Source: an uncultured Gemmatimonadaceae bacterium | GTDB taxonomy: Bacteria > Gemmatimonadota > Gemmatimonadetes > Gemmatimonadales > Gemmatimonadaceae | Reading direction: 5' to 3' | DNA: 64,000 bases | NCBI GenBank assembly: GCA_963829055.1 | Contig: CAWHHI010000005.1 | Coordinates: forward strand, 32,001 to 96,000 | In this document: one piece after another, positions 1-10,455 of the stretch | Numbering within the stretch: the first letter of the stretch is position 1 | How the letters are laid out: each line of letters opens with the position of its first letter | The notes under the pieces: generated by a model | What the model was told of the DNA's origin: nothing | Database searches by the model: none | The model's input: the letters and a program-made list of their open reading frames with translations, nothing else | Translations under genes and position numbers: made by a program

Positions 1-44
1 GCGGACGTCAGCTCGAGCGCGCCGAGTGTTCGGAGTTCGATCAT
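1..44 (-). CDS. N-terminus of a probable BTAD/SARP-type transcriptional regulator (runs off window)
   Basis: Minus strand from ATG at 44 reads MIELRTLGALELTS, resembling the starts of the BTAD regulators at 25075 (VLTLKLFGAASIE) and 31574 (MLYIRTFGGCSIE). Only 14 codons are visible. Confidence 0.55.
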   Translation of the reverse strand, partial: MIELRTLGALELTS

Positions 45-240
45 GCGGCAGAAGACCGGCAGCGTCGAACGTCCGAGTGCGCCGTCGCACATCGGAGTGA
101 CGCTCCGGGGGTCGGTGAGGTGACGCCCACGCCGTTAGACTCGCCAACCTACGACGCAGACCGACTCACCAACAGACGCCCGCTGGTGGCGTTGGCCGGC
201 CACGCGTCGAAACTCCGACCGAACTCCAAGGAGCTGCCAC

Positions 241-903
241 ATGCGAAGTCGCCCGCTCGACTGGCGCAATGCCGCCATAATCCTCGTCGCCACCTCCGCC
301 GCGTGCGCCGCTCCAGACCGCCCGACGGGTGTGGCGTCCACCGCCATGGACCACGCGACCATGGCAGTCGGCAACGACAACCCCAACTCGGCGGCGGGAG
401 ACGCGAAGGGATTCATCAATGGATGGATGGACGGCGAGACGGTCGATCTCCGCTACACTCGGCTCTACTTCTGCGCCGAGCCGCCGGAGAGTGCCGTCGC
501 CTCGAACTGCGAGGTTGGAGCAGCGGCCACCGTTGCACCGAGGTCGGGGCCGATCCCGAAGATCTATGCCCTGGCAGCAGCCGGCTTTCAGCCGGACCCC
601 GCGACGCTCCACTGCAAGGGCGGCACGCTCTGTCTCAATCACCCGCCCATGCTCGATCTGTCCAGGCTCGGGCTCCCGGCCAGTGTCGCGTCACCGCCGC
701 ACAGCCACATCGTGACGGACCGTCATGCCGGGTGGCACAACACGGTGAACATCCGCGTGACGAGTCTCGCGGTCTGGAACGAGATCGCCGCAGCGAAGAG
801 CCTAACGAAGGTGCGGGAGCTCCAGGCCGCGGGACGACTGGGCCCGGACATTCCGACGAACGTCTACTTCTTCCTCGAGGTACAGCAGGACAAGCCCGAG
901 TAG
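241..903 (+). CDS. Secreted/lipoprotein-like hypothetical protein, His/Cys-containing
   Basis: 220-aa ORF with AAGGAG RBS upstream, hydrophobic N-terminus ending SAAC, GC3-biased codons; motifs CLNHP and PHSHI. Confidence 0.8.
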   Translation: MRSRPLDWRNAAIILVATSAACAAPDRPTGVASTAMDHATMAVGNDNPNSAAGDAKGFINGWMDGETVDLRYTRLYFCAEPPESAVASNCEVGAAATVAPRSGPIPKIYALAAAGFQPDPATLHCKGGTLCLNHPPMLDLSRLGLPASVASPPHSHIVTDRHAGWHNTVNIRVTSLAVWNEIAAAKSLTKVRELQAAGRLGPDIPTNVYFFLEVQQDKPE

Positions 904-1600
904 AGATCGCAGTCGGGACGATGGGCTCGGAAACGGCGCCCGGCATCGCAGCGGTGCCGGGGGTCGTGGAGCGCCTAGCGCGCCTGATCAGGGCTAGGGG
1001 CAGCTCCGGCGAAGCTACCGCGTGTCGACCCCAGTCACCTGGAAGCCCCGCGATGATGCACATCCTCGCCGGCTCGGCGACGAACGACGAAGCGAAGACG
1101 ACCTATCGTCAGGGATGGTCGGAAGACGTTGGCGTCACGTCTGCCCACACGTTCTTGCGGCCCGACCGAACCTGCCGTCGCCCAACCAAACCCGATCGCG
1201 ACCCGTCTGCTCGTCCTCCTCCGGCGTGCTCGCTGCTCCCTGCCCTCGCGCTTGGCGTCGCGTCGAGGATCGGCGCCCAGACCGTTGCCCCGGCCGCGGC
1301 ATACTCGTTCGTTACCTGCGCGGGCGGCTCCACGCATCGATGCGGGTCGTAGCCTGCGAGGTGCGGCGTTCGACTGACCGAGCTGGCTGATGAGACGATC
1401 GTCTGCTCGATGTCGTCGCCTCGCTGCCCACAGGCATTAGCAGCTCTTCACCTCCCAACGGTTCGGCAACGGCCCAATGAGCCGACGCACCATTTCGCCG
1501 TAACCTCAAAATATTCCGCCTGTTGCGGCGATCGCTGCCGTAGCCCAATGTAGGCCCCGTCCGGATGAGTCCGGCCGGCGATCACACCCCAGGAACTCGA

Positions 1601-4206
1601 ATGCCCGAACAGCTCGGCAGGCTGCGTGAAGGGTTGGCAGGACGGTACGAGCTCGAACGCGAGCTCGGGCGCGGCGGCATGGCCACCGTCTACCGCGCGC
1701 GCGACACGCAACACGACCGCCCCGTCGCCCTCAAGGTCCTCCACAGCGAGCTTGCCGAGTCGCTGGGCGCCGAGCGGTTCCAGCGGGAGATCCGGGTGGC
1801 GGCGAGCCTCCAGCATCCGCACATCCTGAGCGTCCACGACTCGGGGAGCACCGACGGGCACCTGTGGTTCACCATGCCTTTCGTCGAGGGCGAGTCGCTC
1901 CGCGACCGGCTCACGCGCGAGCGGCAGCTGCCCGTCGCCGACGCGCTGCGCATCACGCGCGAGGTGGCGCTCGCGCTCGACTACGCGCACCGCCACGGCG
2001 TCGTCCATCGGGACATCAAGCCCGAGAACATCCTGCTCACCGACGGGCAGGCCCTCGTCGCCGACTTCGGGATCGCGCGAGCGCTGGGCAGCGCCGGCGA
2101 GAACCTCACGAGCACCGGGACGATCATCGGCACCCCGGCGTACATGAGTCCGGAGCAGGCCGCCGGTGACCTCGCCATTGACGGCCGCACCGACATCTAT
2201 TCGTTAGGCTGCGTTCTCTACGAGATGCTGGCCGGCGAGCCGCCGTTCTCGGCTCCGACGGCTCAGGCGCTGATCGCGCGCGTGATGACCGAGTCGCCGC
2301 GCCCGCTGCACACCGTGCGATCCACGATCTCCCGGCAGCTCTCCGGCGCGGTCGAGCAGGCGATGGCGAAGTCGCCCGCCGATCGTCCCGCAACCGCGGC
2401 GGACTTCGCGCGCCTGCTCGAGTCGACCGCCACCATGCCCGCGGCCGCGTACGCCGCAGCGCCCCGGCGCATGTCGCGGTGGATGGCGTTAGGCGCGGCG
2501 GTCGTCGTCGTGGGCATCATTGGCGGCGCGCTGGGCGTTCTGTGGTCGCGGCAACATGCCGGGCGGCAGCGGCGAGCGCAAGGTCGCCGTGCTCCCGTTC
2601 GAGAACGCCGGGAGCGCGGACGATGAATACTTCGCCGACGGCATGACCGACGAGGTGCGAAGCCGGCTCTCGACCATTCGCGGTCTCCGCGTCACCGCGC
2701 GCACCAGCAGCGCGCAGTACCGCCGCTCCAAGAAGACAGCGCGTCAGATCGGGCGCGAGCTCGAGGTGCAGTATCTCCTGCAGGGGACCGTGCGGTGGAG
2801 CAAGACGAACGGCGTGAACCGCGTGCGGGTCACGCCTGAGCTGATCGATGTCTCGAACGAGGAGAGCCGGTGGAGCGCGCCGTACGACACCGTGATGTCC
2901 GACGTGTTCGCGGTCCAGGCCAGCATTGCGGCGAAGGTGGCCGAAGCGCTGAACGTGGCGCTGGCCCCGCCGGACCAGGCGCAGATCGCCGCGCGCCCGA
3001 CATCGAGCCTCGACGCGTACGACGAGTTCCTGAAAGGCGAGCAGATCACGAGCTCGTTCGGCAACAACGACCCGCCGACCCTGCTCAAGGGGTTGGGCCA
3101 CTACGAGCGCGCGGTTGCACTCGACAGCACGTTCGCGCGTGCGTGGAGCGCGATCGCCAGGACGCACGCGAGTCTTTCGACCCTCAATCCAACCAGAGAG
3201 TCCGTCGAGCGTGCACGCGTGGCAGCGGAGCGAGCGCTGCAGCTTGCGCCCGACCGTCCCGAGGGGCGGTTGGCAATGGGGTCCTACCTGCTCAGCATCA
3301 AGCTGGATTACGAGGGGGCGCGCCAGCAGTACGTCGAGGGATTGGCACACGACCCGAACAACGCGGATCTCCTCGGCGCGCTCGCGGGCGTGGAAAGAAC
3401 CGTCGGGAAGTTCGACGATGCGCTGACACACCTCAAACAGGCGGCGCTGTTGGACCCGAGATCGGTATCCATGGCCCGACGACTGGCCCGTGCGTACCAC
3501 GACCTGCGACGCTTCAAGGAGGAGCTGCCGGCGTGGGATCGCGCGCTCGCACTGGCGCCGGACAACCTTCCGATCATTCAGGCGAAGGCCATTGGATTCC
3601 TGGCGGTCGGCCAGCTCGATAGCGTCCACGCGCTCGTCCACGCCAAGCTCGCGATCGTCGATACGACGGCGCTGCTCGTCGCGGTTCTCGATGTTCCAGG
3701 AGATGATGTGGACGCTCCCGCCGGAGCTCTGGCCGAAGATTCTGCCGCTCACGGTCAAGGACTTTTCGGGCGACAAGGGACACTGGGGACTCAAGGTCGG
3801 GCACACGTACCTGCTGCTCGGCGACACGGTCCGGGGCCGCATGTTCGGCGACTCTGCGCGGGCGGATTTCGAGGCTCGGCTCAGGGAGTTCCCGGACCGC
3901 GCTCAGCTCCACGAGCTCCTCGGCCGCGCTCTCGCGTTAGGCGGGCACCGGGCCGAAGCGATCGCGGAGGCCGAGCGGTCGCTCGCGCTGCGCGAGACCT
4001 CGCTGGACGTGGGCCTCCGCCCGTACGTGCACTTCCAGGTCGCGCGCATCCTCGTGCAGAGCGGCGAGTACGACAAGGCGCTGGATCTCATCGAGCCGCT
4101 GGTCACCACCTACGCGTCCGATGTCACGCCGGACTACCTCCGGCTGGATCCAACGTTCAAGCCGCTGTACGGGAACGCGCGATTCCGGCGGTTGATCGGC
4201 AAGTAA
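1601..4206 (+). CDS. Ser/Thr protein kinase with TM segment, TolB-like (VAVLPFEN) domain and TPR repeats; two frameshifts (~2540, ~3683)
   Basis: GRGGMATVY, VALKVL, HRDIKPEN, DFG, GTPAYMSPEQ in ORF 1565..2626; VAVLPFENAGSADDEYFADGMTDE and TPRs in ORF 2520; C-terminus LRLDPTFKPL in ORF 3490..4206. Confidence 0.9.
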
Positions 4207-4305
4207 GGCTGCGCAGGTGTGAACGCGCCGTCGAGTCCGACGTCCGCGCGCTGATCCCGAGTCTCCTGATGCCTCAACCGACGTAGTCGAAAGAGCTGAG
4301 GTCCG

Positions 4306-5169
4306 TCAGGCGGAAACGGTGGTTCGGAGCCCCGCGCGCTCGTCGATCGCCTCGCATTGGGTGAGTCGTCGCTCCGAGTCCGGGTCGTGGGACGGCAAAT
4401 AGACGAGGGGCCGCTCTGCCGCCAGCGAGAGGATTCGTGCGTGCGTCTCTTGTGTCACGCGCGGATCGGGACTCACGCCGTCGACTTTGCCGGCGAGCAG
4501 GAGTGATTGGTTGTAGCTCGTATCGCCGGCCAGGAAGAACGACACATCGCCGGACACGACGACGACCGAGACGTGGTGCGGCGTGTGGCCGGGTGTGGGC
4601 ACGACCACCACGTCGCCACGCTTCGTGAGCGACATCGATTCGTCGAATGGCCCGAGCGCTTGCGAGTCGAAGCGGATGAGCTCCGGCTGCCACCACTTCG
4701 GCCAACGATGTGGGAGGTAACCCTGCACTCGTCCGCCAACTCCGCCCGCGCGATCGAGCTCTCCACGCGCCACCCACACTCGGCTTCCCGTGATGTGCGC
4801 CAGACCGCCGGCATGGTCGGTGTGGAGATGGGTGAGCACGACGTGGCGAACATCTCTGGGTCCGATACCGAGCGCGCGAAGCTGCGGGCCGAGCTCCTCT
4901 TCGGGGTGAACGGAGAACTGCGCGGCGCGCCGGTAGAAGGGATGCCACCGCGGGTGGTATCCTCGCTCGTGCACGCGCGCGGTCTCGCCGGTGTCGACGA
5001 GGATGACACCCTCGTCGTGCTCGATCACCCAGACGTAGATCGGCAGCCACTCCGACCACTCCGGGTCGAACAGCATGTTCGACATTCGCCGGGCGCCGGT
5101 GCCGCGTGACTCCATCTGTGGTCGTCGGACCTTCACGAGTCCGGTGCTGATGGCGTGGATCGTCGTCAT
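4306..5169 (-). CDS. Metallo-beta-lactamase fold hydrolase, N-acyl-homoserine lactonase-like
   Basis: HLHTDHAGG (HxHxDH), LVDTG, TPGHTPHH, AGD and terminal PSHD motifs. Confidence 0.85.
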   Translation of the reverse strand: MTTIHAISTGLVKVRRPQMESRGTGARRMSNMLFDPEWSEWLPIYVWVIEHDEGVILVDTGETARVHERGYHPRWHPFYRRAAQFSVHPEEELGPQLRALGIGPRDVRHVVLTHLHTDHAGGLAHITGSRVWVARGELDRAGGVGGRVQGYLPHRWPKWWQPELIRFDSQALGPFDESMSLTKRGDVVVVPTPGHTPHHVSVVVVSGDVSFFLAGDTSYNQSLLLAGKVDGVSPDPRVTQETHARILSLAAERPLVYLPSHDPDSERRLTQCEAIDERAGLRTTVSA

Positions 5170-5416
5170 GTTCGGAATCTCCAATGTGTGCCAACTACGA
5201 CGCGCGAGAGGCGAGGCCCGGCCGGGCAACGTACCGTTCACGGTACGAATGTCTCGGAGGCGTCCGGGGATTCGGGTTGGCTATGTAAACGCAGGCCGGG
5301 CTGCAAAGCGGCCAGCGGCCTGACCGCCGAGTGGCTCGTTTGCGGGCTGGACTCCGCGTTACGGAGATGCGGGCGGTAAACCGCTCCCCGCGTTGACCAT
5401 CGTCTCCGAGGATCCC

Positions 5417-6755
5417 ATGTCCCCAATGTCGCCCGTGCGCCCTCGACGGCGCCTCCCCCTCGCGTTCGGCGTCCTCACCACGCTCACCGTCGCCTGCAGC
5501 GACCCGAACGCTCCGGTCGTGCCGCGCGTGGGTGGCGCAGCACATCCGGACTTCACCGCCGCCATACTCGTGACGAATACCAACGACGACGGGCCTGGCT
5601 CGCTTCGACAGACAATCGCCGACGCTCCCGACGGCGCGCTGATTCAGTTCGCACCCGAGATCGCCGGGCAGACGATCGTGGTGTCCGACGCGATCTCGAT
5701 CGATCAGTCGTTGACTGTCGAGGGGCCGATCCCGCAGGGCATCACGGTGAGCGGTGGTCTCAAACACTTCGTCTTTAGCGTGAACGGCAGCAGCGTGACG
5801 ATTCGGAACCTTTCGATCGTGAATGGGCGGGGTGACTACGGAGGGATTCACGGGGCGGGACGCCTGACGCTGGAGAACACACTCGTCGCGAACAACGAGG
5901 GCACGCTCAGACGGGGGCGGCATCGCATTCGACGGCGACCACCTCAGTCTGATCAACAGCACCGTGACCGGGAACGTGGGTGGCGGAGTCGTCGCTATTG
6001 CCAGCGGAGTCACGATCCGGAACACGACGATCACGGGAAATTCCGGGGGCGGCCTCGTCGCGAGCCACGCCGGTGTCGTGCTGCGGAACTCCATCATCGC
6101 CAACAACACCGACGATGGAAGCAGCCCGCCACGCACCAACTGCCTCATGCTCGAGGGAGCGAGCGTGACGTTCATCGGCCTCAACGTATCGAGCGATGCG
6201 AGCTGCGGAACGGACCCGGCCCTGCTCATCGCCGACCCGAAGCTCGGTCCGCTCGCGAACAATGGCGGCCCGACGAGGACACACGCGCTGCTGCTCGGCA
6301 GCCCCGCGATCGATGCGGGCTCGCTCTGCACGGAGACGATCGATCAGCGGTACGTCACCCGCGACAAGGGATTGTCGTGCGACCTCGGCGCCTTCGAATT
6401 CGAGAGCTTCGCGCCGCTCGGCCTCACGGTCGGACCTAACGTGGCGGCGAATCCAAAGACGGGGGCGGTGACCGTGAGCGGGACGGTCACGTGTGCCGTT
6501 CCGACGTCCGTCGCGCTGAACGTCGCGCTGAGTCAGACCCAGAAGGTCACGGGCCGCTTCTCCACCATCGTCCAGGCCGCGGCGACGACGAACGTCAACT
6601 GCACGGGAACCTCATCGTGGACGGCCGTGCTCACGCCGGCTTCGGGCAAGTTCGAAGTCGGGGAGGCGACGACCACGGCGAGCACGGCGACCGTCACGGG
6701 GGGCTTCCTGCCCGCCACGGTGGCCGCACCGGTCAAAGTGTTCACCGCGAAGTAG
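5417..6755 (+). CDS. Lipoprotein with beta-helix/choice-of-anchor Q-like domain; frameshift ~5905
   Basis: TVAC lipobox; VTNTNDDGPGSLRQ; DPKLGPLANNGGPTRTHALLLGSPAIDAG...DQR...CDLGAFE; joins ORFs 5393 and 5964. Confidence 0.8.
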
Positions 6756-6882
6756 GTTGCGCGCCGCCATGACCGCGGTCATGTTCGGTTCCCGCGCTCG
6801 CCGATCTCATCGGCCGCGCGGGAACCCCGGCGTTCATCCGCACCTGCCAACCACGCCGAGGGGCATCGGAAGACGTCCCGGG

Positions 6883-7467
6883 ATGGAGTCGGAGTGGATG
6901 GCGGACGAGCAGCTCCCCGCGACCGATCTGCTGTTGCGTGCCGGCGCCGGCGAGGCGGCCGCCGTGGCCAGCATGTTCCCGCTGGTCTATGAAGAGCTCC
7001 GCCGCCTCGCGCACCGACACCTGTCCCGGGAGCCGACCGGCCGCACGTTAGGCACGACCGAGCTCGTACACGAGGCGTACCTGCGCCTGATCGACCAGAC
7101 GCGCGTCCAGTGGACCGGCCGCGCGCACTTCATGGGCGTCGCCGCGACGGCCATGCGTCGCATTCTGGTGGATCGAGCGCGAGCCCGGCGAAGCCTCAAG
7201 CGCGGCGGGGCGCTCGCTCCCGTGTCTCTCGACGTACTCGACCTCGGTACCGACGAACGCGCGGACCTGCTCGTCGCGCTCGACGAGGCGCTCGACCGCC
7301 TCCGTGAGCTCGACGCGCGGCAGGCGCGCGTGGTCGAGTGCCGCTTCTTCGGCGGCATGACCGAGGAAGAAACGGCGGAGGCACTCGGCATTGGGCTTCG
7401 CACGGCCAAGCGGGATTGGGCGAAGGCGAAGAGCTGGCTTTTCCGCGAGATCTTCGACCAGGAATGA
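6883..7467 (+). CDS. ECF RNA polymerase sigma factor (TIGR02999-like, kinase-associated)
   Basis: PLVYEELRRLAH, TTELVHEAYLRL, AMRRILVD, VVECRFFGGMT, RDWAKAKSWL motifs; immediately upstream of a kinase gene. Confidence 0.9.
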   Translation: MESEWMADEQLPATDLLLRAGAGEAAAVASMFPLVYEELRRLAHRHLSREPTGRTLGTTELVHEAYLRLIDQTRVQWTGRAHFMGVAATAMRRILVDRARARRSLKRGGALAPVSLDVLDLGTDERADLLVALDEALDRLRELDARQARVVECRFFGGMTEEETAEALGIGLRTAKRDWAKAKSWLFREIFDQE

Positions 7468-7473
7468 CGTGAC

Positions 7474-10191
7474 GTGAGCCATCCCTCGCGCGAGCGCTTT
7501 CGGGAGATCGACGCGATCTTCGACGCCGCCCTCGACCTCGCACCTGACGAGCGCGACGCGTTCATCACGCAGCGCTGTGGCGATGACGTCGGCCTCCGCG
7601 CCGAAGTACGAGCACTCCTGGACGCGCATACCAGGTCGGGCGACTTCCTCGAGGCACCGGCGGTGCAGATCGGCGCGGCGCTGCTGGAAGAGCCCTCCAC
7701 CCCCGACCAGCCGGTGGCGCCCGTGCGCGCCGGCCCATTCCGCATCGTGCGCGAGATCGGTCGCGGCGGCATGGGCGTCGTGTACCTGGCGGCTCGCGCC
7801 GGAGCGGAGTTCGAGCAGCGCGTCGCCCTCAAGGTGATCCGACAGGCGAACCGAGGGGCGGACGTGGTCCGGCGCTTTCTCGAGGAACGCCGCATCCTCG
7901 CGCTGCTCGAGCATCCCGGCATCGCCCGCCTCATCGACGGCGGCGTGACGGACCAGGGGGACCCGTATTTCGCGATGGAGCTCGTCGACGGCGAACCGAT
8001 CGATACGTACTGCAACTCGCGGCAGCTGGCGATCGAGCAACGCCTCGACGTGTTCGGCGCGGTGTGCGACGCCGTGCAGTATGCCCACGAGCATCTCGTC
8101 ATCCATCGCGACCTCAAGCCCTCGAACATTCTCGTCCGCAGCGACGGGCAGCTCAAGCTGCTCGACTTCGGAATCGCGAAGCTGCTCGATCCGCTCCGCA
8201 GCGATGGCGGCCACGAGACGCAGACCGGGCTGATCGCGTTGACGCCGGAGTATGCCGCGCCGGAACAGGTCCGCGGCAAGCCGGTGAGCACCGCGACGGA
8301 CACGTATGCGTTAGGCGTGCTCCTCTACGTGCTGCTCGCCGGCCGGCGCCCCTACGACGTGCGGGGTCGAACACCGAGCGACGTGGAGCACATCGTCTGC
8401 GAGCTCGAGCCGCCGCGTCCATCGCTCGTGGCGCCGGAGAATGTACGTCGCCGGTTGGCCGGCGATCTCGATCTCATCGTGATGAAGGCGCTGCGCAAGG
8501 ATCCGGCACGCCGGTACCCATCGGCCGCGGCCCTCCACGACGACCTGCGGCGCTATCGCCGTGGGCTTCCCGTGCTCGCGCGACCGGACAGCGCGCGCTA
8601 CCGACTCACCAAGTTCGCGCGCCGACACCGAACCGGCGTCGCGGCAGCAACGGTGACGCTCGCCACGCTCATCGGCGCGACCGTGTTCTCCGCGACGCAG
8701 ATGCGTGAGGCAGAGCGGCAGCGCGACGCCGCGCTGCGCGAAGTCGAACGGCAGCAGGCGATGGTGCAGGTGCAGAACGTGCTCGCCGGCGATGCGCGCG
8801 ACTCGCTTGGCCGTCCGCTGTCCGCCGAGCGGCGAATCGGTCTCGCCGAACAGGTGCTGTCGCGTCAGTTTCGCGGTGAGCCGTGGCTCGTCACGGATGT
8901 TCTGCTCGGGCTCGCGTCCCGCCTCTACGACCTCGGTGAGCGGCGATCACAGCGAGCGATGCTGTCGCGTGCCCGCGGCGTCGCGCGCGCCGCGAACCTG
9001 CCGACCGAGATCGCGCTCGTGGATTGTATGCGCACGTCGAGCCTCGTGTACGACGACCAGCTCGACTCCGCTCGCGCAGATCTCGCGGAGGCCCAGGCGG
9101 CGCTCGCCCGGCCCGGCACGCGAACGGATCTCGCGAGCGCCATGTGTCTCGATGCGGAGGGTCGACTGCGTGAGGCCGAAGGCAACCCCGACTCCGCGGT
9201 CGCGCTGCTGCGGCGTGCGGTCGACCTCACGCGCACGGGCGGCGCGGGCGCCCTGCGGCTTCAAATGACCGTCGCGCTCGGAACCGCGCTGCGCTCGACC
9301 GGGCACGTGCGCGAGGCCAGCACGTACTATCGCCAAAGCGTCATCGATCTCGACTCGACAGGATATCGGGGGACCGACATCCTGCCTAACGTCGTCACGT
9401 TTCTCACGTCGGCGCTCAACGAGCTCGGAGAGATCGCGAGCATGGATTCGCTCGTTGCGGCGTCGATCGAGAACATGGCGGCAGTGCACGGTCAGCACGC
9501 GAGCGGACAGCTCAACTTTTTACGCGGACTGGCCAAGCTGCGTCTCGGCGAGCTGGATTCCGCCGAGGTCTGGATCGTGCGAGCCATGCGCGACACGACC
9601 GAGGGCGCGGGTGGTCTCGCCGCGTACCTTCCACCGGCGATCACGCAGCTGCGTCTCGAGCAGGGGCGTCTCGCCGAGGCGAGGACGAGTCTCGCCACAC
9701 TGCCGTCCGGTACGCTGGTTCGCCGTATCAATCGAGTGTGGTTCACGGCGCGGCTTCGTCATGCCGAAGGTGATACCAGGGGTGGCTCGAGCATGCTCGA
9801 GGACTCGCTGAGAGCGATCGCGGCGGAGGCACCGAGGACCACGGCGCCGCTGGCGCTGCCGTTCGTGACGGCAGCGGAGTGGCGACTCGAGGCCGGGGAT
9901 GCACGCGGTGCCGACTCGCTGGCACGGCTCGGCCGGACGGCAGGCGCGATCGACTCGATCGCCTTCGAGCGCAGTGGATACGTCGGACGCGCGGAGCTCG
10001 TGCGCGCTCGGGCGCTGGTTCGGTTGGGACAGACGCAGGAGGCACGACGTGCGGCAGAGCGTGCGCTCGTTGCCCTGACGAATGGCTTCGGCGCGGCCAA
10101 TCGGTGGACCCTCGAGGCCGGCGCTATGGCGCGCCTCGGCTCGCGTCAGTCCACGCCGGACACCTCGGGCCCGCCTGCGCCTGACCGCTAG
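7474..10191 (+). CDS. Membrane Ser/Thr protein kinase with TPR-like C-terminal region
   Basis: GRGGMGVVY, HRDLKPSN, DFGIAK, TPEYAAPEQ; TM segment after the kinase domain; 905 aa. Confidence 0.92.
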   Translation: MSHPSRERFREIDAIFDAALDLAPDERDAFITQRCGDDVGLRAEVRALLDAHTRSGDFLEAPAVQIGAALLEEPSTPDQPVAPVRAGPFRIVREIGRGGMGVVYLAARAGAEFEQRVALKVIRQANRGADVVRRFLEERRILALLEHPGIARLIDGGVTDQGDPYFAMELVDGEPIDTYCNSRQLAIEQRLDVFGAVCDAVQYAHEHLVIHRDLKPSNILVRSDGQLKLLDFGIAKLLDPLRSDGGHETQTGLIALTPEYAAPEQVRGKPVSTATDTYALGVLLYVLLAGRRPYDVRGRTPSDVEHIVCELEPPRPSLVAPENVRRRLAGDLDLIVMKALRKDPARRYPSAAALHDDLRRYRRGLPVLARPDSARYRLTKFARRHRTGVAAATVTLATLIGATVFSATQMREAERQRDAALREVERQQAMVQVQNVLAGDARDSLGRPLSAERRIGLAEQVLSRQFRGEPWLVTDVLLGLASRLYDLGERRSQRAMLSRARGVARAANLPTEIALVDCMRTSSLVYDDQLDSARADLAEAQAALARPGTRTDLASAMCLDAEGRLREAEGNPDSAVALLRRAVDLTRTGGAGALRLQMTVALGTALRSTGHVREASTYYRQSVIDLDSTGYRGTDILPNVVTFLTSALNELGEIASMDSLVAASIENMAAVHGQHASGQLNFLRGLAKLRLGELDSAEVWIVRAMRDTTEGAGGLAAYLPPAITQLRLEQGRLAEARTSLATLPSGTLVRRINRVWFTARLRHAEGDTRGGSSMLEDSLRAIAAEAPRTTAPLALPFVTAAEWRLEAGDARGADSLARLGRTAGAIDSIAFERSGYVGRAELVRARALVRLGQTQEARRAAERALVALTNGFGAANRWTLEAGAMARLGSRQSTPDTSGPPAPDR

Positions 10192-10289
10192 CGGGTGGGC
10201 CACTGATGTACTGTGTCATGTTTCGGCGCACGACGTCCTGCGGAGACGGCTCCGGCATTCGGGTGCGCGTATACGACGGGTGGCGCGGT

Positions 10290-10386
10290 GACATTCCGCT
10301 CACCCGCCAACCAGCACCCGGGTCCAGGTCCCGCGCTCGTTCGACCGGAGTTTCTCATCGAGGTCGAAGCGCTGGCGTTTCGCTGA
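10290..10386 (+). pseudogene. C-terminal remnant of a RidA/YjgF-family protein
   Basis: With a one-base shift reads PPTSTRVQV/PALVRPEFLIEVEALAFR*, the typical RidA C-terminus; no intact N-terminus. Confidence 0.6.
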
Positions 10387-10455
10387 TAGCTTCCAGTCAC
10401 GACCATCAGTGAGCTACGCGCGCACCGCGTTTCCCCTCCGCCGGACCGCCCCGCC

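Noticed and set aside
1020..1400. Possible small exported protein (..LLPALALGVASRIGAQT..)
   Set aside because: Only a signal-peptide-like stretch, with no clear start, RBS or recognisable domain.
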